DNA of 64,000 bases from Chiloscyllium plagiosum. Lineage: Eukaryota. A program made the position numbers and the translations under genes. The stretch is from the NCBI RefSeq assembly GCF_004010195.1, contig NC_057718.1, positions 26,039,341-26,103,340 on the forward strand, given 5' to 3'. A model generated the notes under the pieces. The model saw nothing but the letters and a program-made list of their open reading frames with translations. It did not search any database and was not told the DNA's origin. This document shows positions 24,301-37,598 of this stretch, piece after piece (the first letter of the stretch is position 1; each line of letters starts with the position of its first letter).

Positions 24301-26450
24301 AAACCCTCTGCGAGTGCCAATGAAACTGAGACTTAAACAAACAAATATAAAATTCAGCTCGTGGTTTCTGGATGTGAACTGACTTGGGGCTGCCACCCTG
24401 ATTGGGAATTCAGGAGCATAAACAGTTGGCCCACGTGTGCCGAATTAGAAAGAGAGTGTGTTAAGGAAAGCTATATATTGAGAGAGAGGAAAAATATTGA
24501 AAGGAAAACTACTAACAATTTCTACCAATGATCTCCCAAGAATATGGCTACATAGTTTTAATTGTTTATTTTGGGCTGGTTAAAGAGGTGTGACATTGCA
24601 GGTATGTACGTTTCACCATTGGGAATGTACTTGTGCTGTTGTGTAGCAGCTCCAATCCACTGTGGTGTGTTTAATCAGTGATTAATGCACAATTGCTACA
24701 ATTGTCTGAAATACATGGAGAGACTGAGGAAGCAAAACTGAAAGGGATGGTGCACAGACCGCTCTGCAATTTGTGGAGATCCACAACTTGGAGCGTTTCA
24801 CTTATCAACAGATTAATCAATGACTTAAACATTAATAATGGGAACAGCATTAAACCCGCTGTTATGTTTGGCAGCAAAATTTGGACAATTATCTTCCAGT
24901 TCGTATGCTCGCTCTTCCACAGATGAGTATTTCCAGCTTTCTCTGTTTTTGTGACTTAAGATACAGGCTGCTGCACGTTATCAATTCATTGAGAAATTCT
25001 GCTTTCTTTTTTGCCTGTTATGAGGCAGAAGACAAATTGAATCAACTGAAAAGCAGTTTTAATATCACAACCTTGCAATGATTTTTTTTGAATGGGCATG
25101 GTAGTAATTCTTGTTTTTGCTTTTTGAACTTTATTTTCACCTTGAGCTTAGTGTTGAGAGTCACTCAAGTGAGGGTGCAATAAACTACAGCATGCCTGTA
25201 TCTCCACATGGTCTTGATAAATGAATGAACAATCAAGATGCTGAACAATGAACTATTTCTCCATTCTTCAGCTGAGCTGAATTTGTGTTATTGTGTGGTT
25301 TCTTTACCTTGAGTAAAGGTGATATATCCCAGGCTTCAGGCTGTTAACTGTCAGCCATTTTCAACATTGGTTTCAGGAGAGGGACTGTGAGAAAATCTTT
25401 AGCACCATTGCTAAACCGCACCTTCCCCATTCCACAACCCGACCTGCCAGATGGGTCAGCAAGACAGTCAGTTCATTGCTATGTGCATCTTGAAGTCCCC
25501 AACCTGTCAGTACCATGTGACCAATTGGACATATGATGCAGCTAATCTGCTGCCTTCATACCAATTTCAGCTTCTATCTGAAAAATATACCTTTCACATT
25601 TACATTAAGTGCAGATGCTTGTCTCTTGTCAAACGAGAAAAAGTGACAAAGATACCTCTTTTGCTCTAACCTGCAAATTAATATTGATTCTTGATAATGG
25701 TGTGGGCACTCCGTTCATAAATGATGAATGCTACTGCCTTGGATTAGCACATACCCTAATGGCCTCCAAGTCTCTGCTGAGTGGGAGATAGTCTCAGCCA
25801 CAAATTTGCCATTCAAAATCCTAAACACTATTCTTTTCAGTTGGGTTGGATGGACAGGTTTTTGATTATGTAGGATGTTTGAGTGATAGGGAATCACTTG
25901 ATTCATTGATCTGTATCATATTCTGTGAATGACCTTGAAGCAATGAAACCACGTAGGCAAAGGCCTTTCTGATCTCTTCAGCTCCGACTGTAACCTCCAG
26001 AGCTTGATGAGAGCAGCTTGCTTGTTGCAGTGTTCCCGGCAAATGAGAAAGGGCAATCTTGCGATTAAGTTGTTCCCAGAAAATGATTAATGACAGTCTT
26101 GAACATGTGTCGTGCTATCTCACCGACCCTTTGATTCAAGTGTAGAGTATCTGAAAAGTGGACTGCCATGCAAGTTCAACATTTTGATTTGCTAATGTAC
26201 AATCTGCCACATCAAAGAGAAGAATGTTCATCGTAAGCGGATTGCAACAGCAGTGAACTGCAATTTAAAAAAAACACAGGCAAAGCAAGTATTTTGCCAC
26301 TGGAACACATTAATATAACGAAACAGAGCTGATTAATTTTGTAGAGTCCTAATGCCTTTTGAGGCATGCACGTTTGTTAATGGCTGAAAAGGATTTTCCT
26401 TCTGTGGGGATGTAGAGATATAGCAATGGTTAAAAGACCTACCCAATCTT

Positions 26451-27463
26451 TAAGAACAATAAAACAAAGAATAGTCTTCTAATTCTCTCTCCACAAACCC
26501 CTCACTATTTCTTGCTTCCCATGCCTCAGCCATGCTAACTCATGCCACCTTTGTCACTCTATCTGCCTCCCAATCTTTAATGACCTTTGCACTTGCATGT
26601 TCTGGACAGCCAATGCTGTTCTCACATGAAGCAGATGAATACCTAAATGACATTCACAAGTCAAGGTCTGATGGTATTATTCAAACCATACTTAGATTTT
26701 AACACCCTACCACTTCAGTGGCCAGAACATTCTCATCAGGAGTATCAGACATCAAGCAGAAACAGGTCTAGAAGAAGGCCATGAGGTTAAGTATGTGATC
26801 TTTATCAGGGCCAAGAGTGCAGAAATGTTCCTCTGACAATCAGAAGTGAGCCTAGGTTCTACCCCTTGAATAATCACCTCCCACTTCTATGCACCATTCC
26901 CACTGGCTTATAAGTGCAGTTGTCTGCTGTGCTGTCCCAACTCCCAATGACCAGACTCGTCACATCGTTGGTGAAGGGAATTGAGTGAGAGTCAGACTCG
27001 AAAGCTTTAAGGAAGGCCCCTGAGGCGACACGATGCCAGGCTTCACATCAGTGAGCGAGGGTGAAGCTGTCGTGACTCCAGCGTTATGCAGTGCATGCCT
27101 CGCATTCAAATCACGGTTTGACTTTGATCCTCAACATAGGTTGAGAGATTTCAGCAGTTTTCCATCTTGGTCTGCCTGCCTCAGGCAAAAGTGCGATTTT
27201 CATTCCAGGTGGACGTGGCGGTGAGGCAGGTGATAGCAGGAGTGAGGCCTGCTGCCCTCGAGGAGTTTGGAGGCAGCCATAGGGGCCGCATGGTGAAAGA
27301 TACCCCCATTATTTGCTTTGGGACTTTGTCCCAGTTGTGATAAGAACAATAAAACAAAGAATAGTCTTATAATCCTCTCTCCACAAACCCCTCACTATTT
27401 CTTGCTTCCCATGTCTCAGCCATGCTACCTCATGCCACCTTCATCACTCTATCTGCCTCCCAA
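26451..27463 (+). repeat. 123-bp dispersed direct repeat (26451-26573 and 27341-27463)
   Basis: taagaacaataaaacaaagaatagtctt...ctctatctgcctcccaa in both copies, with only a handful of substitutions. Confidence 0.9.
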
Positions 27464-27529
27464 AGCCCCTCATAACCTCTAGACCAATCTATGCCCCTCA
27501 ATTCATACCCATGGCCTTTCATAACCTCC

Positions 27530-28040
27530 ATACCAAGCAATGACACTTCCATGCCTCTATGTCTAAGGATGAATCAACCACTTCAACTCCTCCTCCCACT
27601 TCCCCAAGGACATGCAAATCCTGGGCCTCCTCCACCACCAAATCAAAGCCACCTGCCAACGGGAAAAAGAATGCCTCATCTTCCATCTTGGGACTCTACA
27701 ACCATAAGGCATCAACATTGACTTCACCAGTTTCCAAATCTCCCACCCCTACCATCCCAGGTCTCATGCTACAACTCGGCACCACCCTCTTGATCTGACC
27801 CACCTAATCATCTTCCTTCCCACCTATCTGCTCCACACCCCCATGACCTATAATAATCACCTCCTACCTGCATCCACTTAACACCGTCCCACTTACCCTT
27901 CCCCCAGCCCCACTCCCACTCCTATATTTATCTTTCAGCCTCCTTCCCCCTCCATATTCCTGATGAAGGGCTTATACCCAAAAACATCAGTCATCCTCCC
28001 CAGCCCATACTGCCTGATCCAACGCCACACATTTTGACAC
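27530..28040 (+). mobile_element. Decayed Penelope-like element 3' part (GIY-YIG C-terminus, UTR, hammerhead remnant)
   Basis: Homologous to 17800-18360 (caaggacatgcaaatcctgggcctcctcc...catcaacattgacttcaccagtttcc; cctgatgaagggcttataccc). Confidence 0.8.
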
Positions 28041-28233
28041 AGAATCAACAAACCTGAGAGTGAAATGGGATGTGTGAAGGAGCTTCTCTAAATAAAAAGT
28101 AATTCACTCATAATGCTACACTTTTGTGAAAAAAGAATCCTTTCGCTGATAGTGTCAATCATCCAAGCCTTTAAAGTATCAATGACATAATACTACAAGC
28201 ACTTGAAACCTCTTTACGTTGGGTAAATAAATG

Positions 28234-28966
28234 TTGTGCAGTTGACAGACTTGATCACAAAGCAAAGGCTGTTCAATCAAGCAATGTTTTCCCTGGGGTA
28301 CTGCTGGTTCAACAGTCCAATAGATATCTGGGCTCTTTTGGCAGCGAGCTTGGTATGGAACTACATTGGGTGAATTAAAGGGCACTGTTTGCCGTGGAGA
28401 GTATGAAGGGCCATGGGTGTGGATTGAAGGTCACTGCTTGGTATTGAGGGTATGAGGGCCATTGAAACAAGTGAAGCAGCATAGCTTGCTCTGGAGGGGG
28501 TAAGACCTTTTGAACTTACTAGGGTTTGCTCATTGAGGTTCTGCTTCCACAATACCTTTGAGAGGCTTTAGCTTATAATTCTTTAATAGGGGATGTAGGA
28601 GATACCAAACCCAACATTGGAGGTTGTGAGTAGGTGGTACTGGCTTGCAATCCGTATTGGCCCATATCCTTAATCCACACTGGTGAAAATTGGTACCCCA
28701 TGAATGGGACAGGGAACACCAGAATCAGGTTTGAAAAGCTGAGAGAAACACTGGGAGAGAGGGTAAGCCTTATACTTGCACAGTTAGGAACTAACTTTCT
28801 TCTCACTCCTCCACCCAAAAAAACTGGTGCCTGCAATACAATTGCTTGGTTTATTCCCATGTCTGGCTTTATTATTTTTTTCCCAAGCTAGATGATCAGC
28901 AGTCTAGTTTGTGCAACTGACAGACTTGATCACAAAGCAAAGGCCATTCAATCAAGAAATGTTTTC
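28234..28966 (+). repeat. 58-bp direct repeat (28234-28291 and 28909-28966)
   Basis: ttgtgca..tgacagacttgatcacaaagcaaaggc..ttcaatcaag.aatgttttc in both. Confidence 0.85.
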
Positions 28967-30454
28967 AACAGGAGAATGTAAAACTTCCATAATGGGTATG
29001 AATCAACCAGGAGAATCAACTGGCCTCAGTCCTTTTGAGGACATTTCAGTTTCAGTTGAGAATGACTCTTATTTTTAATTGATTGATTGTTTCACGGATT
29101 TGGCTCAAACTGGCCAAGTGACCACTATCATCTTAAATCAGTGTATTTCATTGTTCAACAAATATTTTCATCCATGAAATGTACCAGGTATTAAAACCAG
29201 CTATTAGAAGTCAATGATTAATCATTTATTTTTACCACTATCTAAACAATGTAAATGCAAATGCTTCATTTATTGGTCACAGCCTGATTTAGTAATTACT
29301 TTTTGAATTCAATTTCTGTTTGAGATATGAAACAAAGCCAAAATACAAGAGTGGCTGGAAAACAGACAAGATATAGTGTGAAATATAATGAGGCCAGCTG
29401 AAGGGAAAATACGCAAGGAAGTGTGAAAGAATAAAGAAAAGAAAGGAGATAATATGAACCAGCACTCAGTGCTGTAGGTATTTTCTGCTGCCTTGCTCAA
29501 AGTCTGTTGTTCCTTGTCTTATATGATGGGAATACTGTGCTGCTTTCTGAGGCAAGATATGTCTTTATGGAGATGTGTTTACATATCTGTGAAATTCCTT
29601 CACATCTTGAAATTAAATTCCCTCTTTGGCTTCAAAGGTCTGGGCAGTGTACTGTGGGGGAAACAATGTCTATCTGATTAGGTGTAAGAGTAAGCCTTGC
29701 ACCTTCCCCTGACAGGACATCAAATCTCAAAAAAGTACATATTGAAGTTCTGCCACTTCACTTTGACGTTCCAAAACTTTATTACAGTTTACAATCCACT
29801 AACATTTATACAGAATGGAATTTTTTGTTACCCTACAAGAATGGAATTTTTTGTTACCCTTGGGTAACTCTTCATGTATTTCTGTGGCATTTAATCTCTC
29901 TCAGTAATACCACTGGAAATAACCATTTCATTCCATCTCAGAACACACACTGATATTGCAGTCTCATCACCACAAGCCACCATCAAGATAAGCATTTCTC
30001 TGAAATGAAGAAAATTTTGATTCAAGCAGAAATTTCCCAAGTACCATTGTCATTTCTCTTATTATCAAGAAATATTAGTTTAGCATAGCACTTCCTGGAA
30101 AACTAGTGATGTGTTTCCTGGGATCCAACTCATATTACACTCTGCAGATGCTCAAAAGCATATAAATTAAGGAAAATATGAATCTTGAGTGGAGGTAAGG
30201 GAAGACCATGTGGCAGAACTCATTTGGAACTGGGCATTTACTTTCATGAAGTAAATTGACTGAGTAATATGTAAGTTGGTCTTTGTATAGTCCTTGAAAT
30301 CCCACCCCTGCACACCAACCCATAACTAGGAGGGTGGATGGAGGAACTGCCAAAGTCACTGCTGAACATGTTTCTAAAAGGAGTAAAATTCAGCCAGGCC
30401 CAAATTGGTTCAATTGCTAAATTTTCTCCAAATTCTGAAGTGTTCAGTGAAGGA

Positions 30455-30815
30455 GGATTTGATTTATTTATTGTAGTCATATATATGTAAGTACAGTGAA
30501 AAATTTTCTTTACAAGCAGTATAGGCAGATCATAGCAAACAAAGGATGGTTAACAAGATCAACGTTATTTGAAGTTAGAGAGGCTGGGAATGGAGGGAAG
30601 AAGCTGTTCTTGAACCTGCTGGTGCGTGTGTTCAAGCTTCGGTATCTTCTGCCTGACAGAAGTGGTTGTAGAAGAGCATTACCAGGGTGGGAGGAGTCTT
30701 TGAAGAGGTTGGCAGCGTTTCCATGGCAAGAAGAAGTATAAATAGAGTCCATGGTTGGGAGGTTGGCTTCCGTGATGGTCTGGGCTTTGCACACAACCCT
30801 ATGTAGTTTCTTACA
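30455..30815 (-). mobile_element. Rex1/Babar-type LINE 3' end
   Basis: ORF 30510-30836: LHRVVCKAQTITEANLP...KDSSHPGNALLQPLLSGRRYRSLNTRTSRFKNSFFP. Confidence 0.8.
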
Positions 30816-31834
30816 GAGTGGAGACCTTTCACCCAACCTCTAATAGCACAACTAAAGCCAAGGTCTTAAGCTTGGGGAATGCATTAAGTGCTAGCTCATA
30901 CCGTCGCATTGGGTTGCCATGTTGTAACCAGCACTGTCACTTTTTTAAATTATAATTTATATTTTATTTGTTGTCTGATAAAATTATTTCTCCAACATAA
31001 AATCTTGCATGTTTGTGAATATCACACCTTCACATAAGCAAATATTCTGAAAATCCTTATTCAAACCACAACAGATCAGACACAAATAGGTACCAAAGAA
31101 AGCGACAAAACAAAATCTCCCAGACATAAATGAGCAACATAAATAACTTATATTTATACAGCCCCATAACTGTAGGAAACATCCTCACATTGTTCACAGA
31201 AGCAAATTCCAAAACAATGGAAGCTGAGTAAAGAATTAGATTTTAGGACAGAACATCAAAAGCTTGATCAAAGAAGTCGGTTTTCCAGGCTCACCAAAAA
31301 ACATCCTTTGTGCAATTTTCTGCTGCACCAAGTAGGTTTCTTAAGGATTTGTTCAAGGATTGATTACCTTTACCCACCAACCGAATGGTGTCAGGTCACA
31401 TTTAAGTGTTTCTGGGGCAGTAGTAACAATGCCAGTATGACAGATTTTTGCCACTTAAATCGTTTACATTTATTTGTAACTGTGTACACTGCAGGATAGT
31501 GTATTGATTGAGAATGCTACTTTTTCACTTCTGGGACTTGGGGTTTAAATCCCTTTCAGATTGATGGAGTGAGTACATGGTTCTGAATACATGTGGGGTC
31601 ACAGTTCGAAATTGTTCCAAATCCAGTAAAAATTGGAAGAACATTGACAATAGTGCTCATAGAGGATTGGAGAGCTGGTGGAGAAACTAGTGATGCTGTT
31701 GTGTTATTGGATATTTTTATGACAAATGCAGCTAGTTCCTTGACTAACAATGAAACTAAGGGGTATCAGGTAAAGGCAGGAAAAGGGAAGTGAACCATAA
31801 TCAGATCAGCTATTGTTTTATTATATGATGAAGA

Positions 31835-32050
31835 AGTGGCACGGTGGCCCAGTGGTTAGCACTGCTGCCTCACAGCGCCAGAGACCCGGGTTCAATTCCN
31901 NNNNNNNNNNNNNNNNNNNNNNNNNNNNNNNNNNNNNNNNNNNNNNNNNNNNNNNNNNNNNNNNNNNNNNNNNNNNNNNNNNNNNNNNNNNGTGGACTTG
32001 TTGGGCCGAAGGGCCTGTTTCCACACTGTAAGTAATCTAATCTAATCTAA
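31835..32050 (+). mobile_element. HE1 SINE spanning a gap, inserted in an old CR1 tail
   Basis: HE1 head before and HE1 tail after the N run. Confidence 0.88.
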
Positions 32051-32419
32051 AAGGGCTCATAGTACTGAGGCTACTGCTGCTTCTACTGAATTAAGATTGT
32101 AGTTGATAATGTGAAGAGGCTGTGATAGTGACGTGGCGTCAGTGAGTGTGGAAAATGCATAGTTTACCTTTTCATCTGTACTATCATTAACCTATGAGTA
32201 TTTAGTGCTGTATTTACTTGAATCTTGCTGACAATTAAACCTTTCCTAATTCCTAAAAAGAATGAAGACACGTTTGCATTCCGATGTCAGTCACCACGAA
32301 GCTCAGAAAGCATGATGTTTGCATCTGATGCATTTACAACAATATTAGTCAATGTTTCAGACCTGTGATTTTAATTGCACTCTTTTGATGGCTCACTAGA
32401 GACGAAGAACAAAAAACAA

Positions 32420-32655
32420 AGAAAACCCAGGAACTTCTCATCTTGAAAGTGTGACTTCTCTCGTTATTGAATCCTTCACCGTGGGAAAAAGCTTATCTCT
32501 ACCCACCCTGTCCATAACCTTCATGATTTTGTAAACCTCAATCAGGTCCCCCCTCAATCTCCTTTTTTCTAATGAAAACAAACCTAACCTACTCAACCTC
32601 TCTTCGTAGCTAACACCTTCCATACCAGGCAACATCTTCTCTGCACCCTCTCCAA
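32420..32655 (-). mobile_element. CR1 LINE 3' fragment
   Basis: MLPGMEGVSYEERLSRLGLFSLEKRRLRGDLIEVYKIM. Confidence 0.85.
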
Positions 32656-33114
32656 ATTGTTAATGCACTGCAGAGTTTAAAAAACTTACAACAGAGATCT
32701 TTACCTAACTCAATTATTTCATGATATTGTTTCAATCATCTGACTTCACTCCATGATCCTTTGAAAGCTCTGTTTCTCCAAGGAAGCTCAGATTGCTGCA
32801 GTCATCTTATGCATGAGCGACAAGAATCTACTAGACAAATCCAATGACACATGAACATGGTTTCGGAAATCATTCAAGTGTTGGACCAATGTGTGAAAAA
32901 AGAAATCACACGTACAAATATAAAGATAAAACTGCAGAGTACTTGTTACTGGACTTTGGGTCCTTTCCAGCAATATTTTCTGAAAGCAAATGGTGGTGTT
33001 TACGATTTCAGGATTTCCTAAAGTACTGTTCAGCTAAAACAGCTTTCATTTTTGAGTGCAGTTAGGTTTGCAATGTAGGAAGGATTACTGCCAAATTAGG
33101 CATGACAAGATCCT

Positions 33115-33620
33115 ACAAACTACATTTAGAGTGTTATGAGCAATTTTGGGTCCATACCTCAGGAAGTGTGTACTGGCCCTGGAGCGGGTCCAGAGAAGGT
33201 TCATGAGAATTATCCTAGGAATGAAAGGCTCCACATGTGATGAACATTTCAGGACTCTGGGAATCAATGAAGTTCAGAAAGATGGGGGATCTGATTGAAC
33301 CTTACAGAATATTGAACAGCCTGGACAAAGTGGACTTTGGGAAGTTGTTTTCACTGGCAGGAGAGACGAGGACTCAAAGTCACAGCCTAAGAGTAAAGGG
33401 AAGACCCTTTAGAACGGAGATAAGGAGAAACCTCTTCAGCCAGAGAGTGGTGAATCTGTGGAATTCATTGCCACAGAAGGCTGTGGATTGCCAAGAGGAT
33501 CAACGGTTAAGGGGGAAAAATGAGAAAATGGTGTTGAAAATCAGCCATGTTTGAATGACAGAGCAGACTCGATGGATCAAATGGCCTAATTATCTGCACG
33601 TATGTCTTATGGTCTTATGA
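33115..33620 (+). mobile_element. CR1 LINE 3' fragment
   Basis: GDLIEPYRIL...FRTEIRRNLFSQRVVNLWNSLPQKAV; tail tcttatggtcttatg. Confidence 0.82.
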
Positions 33621-33635
33621 TCTTAAGGTCTAATA

Positions 33636-33860
33636 TGAAAAACTCCACAGAGACTGGTATCCCATCACCAAGTCACCCTTTATTTACATGTGCATAGTAA
33701 TAGACACTGGTCCAGCTTCCTCAGAACAGGCTGTCAGAGTGAATAGAACCTCCAACATCCCGGTTTATATATCTCAGCCAGAGCTCCCTGATTGGATCAG
33801 GTTAACAGCCCCAATCAGGGAACTCATATGCTATGAAGTCCACCTGGCTGATCTTAATAA
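33636..33860 (-). mobile_element. Probable solo LTR (Gypsy-type)
   Basis: On the minus strand: CCAAT-like boxes (gattgg/ccaatc), TATATAAA, then AATAAA, ending in CA; about 225 bp. Confidence 0.55.
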
Positions 33861-33944
33861 TAATGCACGGTTTTCATTAATGTTATCTGTGAGGTAAATT
33901 TTTTGTCACGACATTGTGTAAACTCACCACTTCTTTTTTTGGAC

Positions 33945-34140
33945 ATTGCTGTAGGATCTTTTCCATTAATCAAAGAAAGCAGGGGCAGCCTCAGATAGTG
34001 GTCCACCCTGGACAGCATGTCTGACAGTGCAGCATTCCCTGAGGATTGCAGTGAAGTGTCAGCCTGAATTTATGTGCTCAATTCTACAGAATGGGACTTG
34101 AACCCATGACCTCTGACTCAGATGAACTATTGCTACCAAG
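33945..34140 (-). mobile_element. DeuSINE (SacSINE1/AmnSINE1-like)
   Basis: Minus strand: tRNA-like head (ggttcaagtccca), then gagcacataaattcaggctgacacttca...agggaatgctgcactgtcaga (Deu-domain-like). Confidence 0.6.
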
Positions 34141-34214
34141 ATACATTTAAACGGTAAATCAAAATCATGTTTAGCAAATTCTGAGTTTCTGCCTAGAAAT
34201 GAGAATTACCAACC

Positions 34215-34308
34215 AAGCACAGGGAACACTGGAGAAACCCAGCAGGTCTGGCAGCATCTGTGGGAAAGAGTTAATGTTGAGTCTAGTATGACTCTTCTTC
34301 AGAACTGA
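34215..34308 (-). mobile_element. Penelope-like tail, third family
   Basis: Minus strand ttctgaagaagagtcatactagactc...cagatgctgccagacctgctgggtttctccag, similar to 48011-48110. Confidence 0.6.
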
Positions 34309-35389
34309 AAGGTATAGGGAAAATAGCTTCTTTTTCATACTTTGGACTGAGGAAATACTGGTTGAGCTAGACTTCATAATAAATTATGGAAAGATATTTC
34401 TCTCCCTCCACCCACCCTGAGAAGGGGCTATTAAACAATTACCACACTGAAAGGCAGCAAGAATAGTGATTCAAAAAAATGCAGCTGCACATCAGACAAG
34501 ACTCATTTACACCAAGTCGAACAAGCTGAACAAATCATCTCGATTTGCACTCCCAGAATATGCACAACCATGACAACAGCCATGTCTCCCACATGTACTT
34601 TAAATGAAAATTTATGGCACTTCTTGAAAATCTCATAAAAATAATAAAAAGTGGTGGCATGGATCCATTTTAAGGGATATACATTACCCAGCTCCCTTCT
34701 TTACAAACTTGATAACATTCACCCTCCGTGAGCACCCACATAAAATGAATATCCCTTTAAAACCGAACAGTCTCACCTTGTCATATAATCTCAATCAGAC
34801 ACAGGCCAACATTTATTGATTCTTCTAAGGCAGTTTTCTCAGAAAAAAAGTCAGTCATCTCTACCCTTCATATATAACCTTGATGGAAAATATGAGTGCA
34901 TAGCAAGTGTGCAGAGCAAAGAGACAAAACGAGGAACTCATAACAATTTAGTAATGGATCAAATTGCTCCATTAAAATACTTTAACAGAGAACTGAAAGG
35001 ACATAAACACACCATGCATTCATGGGACCTATTATTTAAAAATAGAAATCAAAATCAGGGGATGCAACTCATTCCCTTAAGTCTGTTCCACTATTCAGTT
35101 TGATCATGGCTGATTTGTGCTTCAGCTCCAGTTTTCTGCTTTGGCTCCACGGCCCTCAATATCCATGTCTGACATCAATCTATCAATCTCAGTTCTTACA
35201 ATTTATCTAGCTTCAGCAACCGCTTGAGGGAAAAGGAGTCAAGATTTCCACTATCCCTTGTCAGGAAAAAAGCTTCTTGACATAACCTCTCAACAGCCTA
35301 ACTCTAATTTTAAAAAGATCCCCCTTGTTCCGGGCTTTCCTTTCAGAGATAATACTTTTTGTTTCTCTCTCTCCCTATCAAATTCATTA

Positions 35390-35727
35390 GATTCATAGAG
35401 ATGTGCAGCACAGAAACAGACCCTTCAGTCCAACTTGTCCATGCCGACAAGATATCTTGATCTAATCTTGTCCCATTTGCCAACACTTGGCCCATATCCC
35501 TCTCAACCCTTCCTATTCCTATACCCATCCAAATGCCTTTTAAATGCTGCAATTGCACTCGCCTCCACCACTTTCTCTGGCAGCACATTCCATACACATA
35601 CCACTCTCTGTATGAAAATGTTGCCCGTAGGTCCCTGTTATGTCTTTCCCCTCTTACCCTAAACCTATGCTCTCTAGTTCTGGACTCCTCCACCCCAGGG
35701 AAAAGACCTTGTCTATTTATCCTATGC
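35390..35727 (-). mobile_element. HER1 LINE 3' end
   Basis: Reverse complement of the HER1 tail. Confidence 0.88.
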
Positions 35728-35735
35728 GTACCATA

Positions 35736-36056
35736 GGGCAGCACGGTGGCACAGTGGTTAGCACTGCTGCCTCACAGCGCCAGAGACCCGGGTTCAATTC
35801 CCGACTCAGGCGACTGACTGTGTGGAGTTTGCACATTCTCCCCGTGTCTGTGTGGGTTTCCTCCGGGTGCTCCGGTTTCCTCCCACAGTCCAAAGATGTG
35901 CAGGTCAGGTGAATTGGCCATGCTAAATTGCCCGTAGTGTTAGGTAAAAAGGGGTACATGTAGGGGTATGGGTGGGTTGCGCTTCGGCGGGTCGGTGTGG
36001 ACTTGTTGGGCTGAAGGGCCTGTTTCCACACTGTAAGTAATCTAATCTAATCTAAT
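35736..36056 (+). mobile_element. HE1 SINE (young)
   Basis: Near-identical to 697-1017; (TAATC)n tail. Confidence 0.93.
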
Positions 36057-37463
36057 TACAGTACCCTTCATCCTAACTTAATCATCATAAACACTTCAGT
36101 TATGTCACCCATTAATCCTCTCCACTCGAGAAAGTACATGGCGACTTATGATAATCTGTCCACATATTGCGATCCTTTAATATAATTCCAATGAACATGT
36201 GCTGCATCCCCTCAATCCAAAATATTCTACCTGCAGAATGGTGGCCAGAACTGTGCACAACATCCCAGAAAGTGTCTAACCAAAATTTTTTGCAATTGTG
36301 CCTTAACTTCTACCCATTTATATATCAACTCCCTTGTGATGATGGGCAATATTCTTTTAGCTGTTTATAAGAATAGAAAGTAATAATGGAAAATTTTCGT
36401 GGTCATAGAAATGTGACAATCTAAGTAGGTCAGTGACTCAAACTTGTTGTGTGTTGTTCAAAGCAATTGTGACTGACCAAGGCAAGCAGAGCGTACCCAC
36501 CTTTTTTCCATATAACTTGCTGTCCTTATTTATAAAATTATTATGATCTGATGTTTGAAGATTTAATTAACTCAACATTTACAGCTGGCTGGTGAGTAAG
36601 CTTCTGATTTCTATGCATTCTGTGTTTAAAAATGCTTCTTTGATTGTCTCATCAAGGCCTGGTCTGTTACTTTAATTTGAGGCCTAAGTGGAGAAGGAGG
36701 AGAGAAAGAACTTGTCAAGCACAAAGCCAGTATCAGCAGCAGCCCTGGGAGCTAAACTGGGATCACGGTTTTCCAGGTACAAAATGGAAAAAAAGCAACA
36801 TTCAAGTTCAAAGTGTGTATTATCACTTACAATGTTAAATGAACAGGGGGCAATGTTACTAAACATATTTATGAGCAGATATTTAATATCAGCTGGCAGA
36901 ATATAGAGCAGCAGGTTGATGACAAGAGTCAGTGGTGATGCTCATTTGAACCCACTGTTGCACTTTTAAAACCCCGCATTACAATCAACTTCCCATCTTA
37001 ACCATGCACAATTAAACATGACATTGAATGGAATGCAAAACCGCCTGCCAATACAGTTTGAGGTAGCACAATTTTGAGAGTTCCACAAAGCATTTGTAAC
37101 AAAGATCTGGAACAAAGCAGACGATTTGTTTCTGTCATCGTAATTGCTGGATAGCCATGTTATGAAGGATTGGCTAAGTTCTGGGAATGGTTAATGAACT
37201 TAGCTCAGCTTGACTCTGCTTAAACATTTGCAGAGGTGGGGGTTAGCTTTTTTGACTGACAGCTTTACAAGGTTCTAATAAGTTATTTGTGATTTGATGT
37301 GATTTTTTAAATTGAAAGTTTGCTTATGTAGACAAGATAAGATGTGTTAAATGGATTAAAACTTTAATTATAAATACTATAGGCTATTATGTTTGATTGG
37401 CAGTTTCACAAGGTTGTAAGGCTTGCAGAGGAGATTTTCGGTCAATCTTTGCTTATTATGTCA

Positions 37464-37598
37464 TGATGTAGAGGTACCGGACTGGGGTGAATAAAGTCAA
37501 AAATCACACTCAGCTGCCTGAGGAAAGAGCGGCACTCCGAAAAATTGTGGTTTCAAATAAACCTGTTGGACTTTAACCCGGTGTCATGTAATTTTTGA
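37464..37598. mobile_element. Short fold-back Penelope-like insertion (family 2) with hammerhead core
   Basis: TSD cttattatgtca 37452-37463 / 37599-37610; CTGAGGA-a-agagcggcactcc-GAAA at 37518-37542. Confidence 0.7.

Noticed and set aside
29812..29860. 23-bp tandem duplication agaatggaattttttgttaccct
   Set aside because: Ordinary slippage duplication; only two copies and no spacer array, so not CRISPR-like
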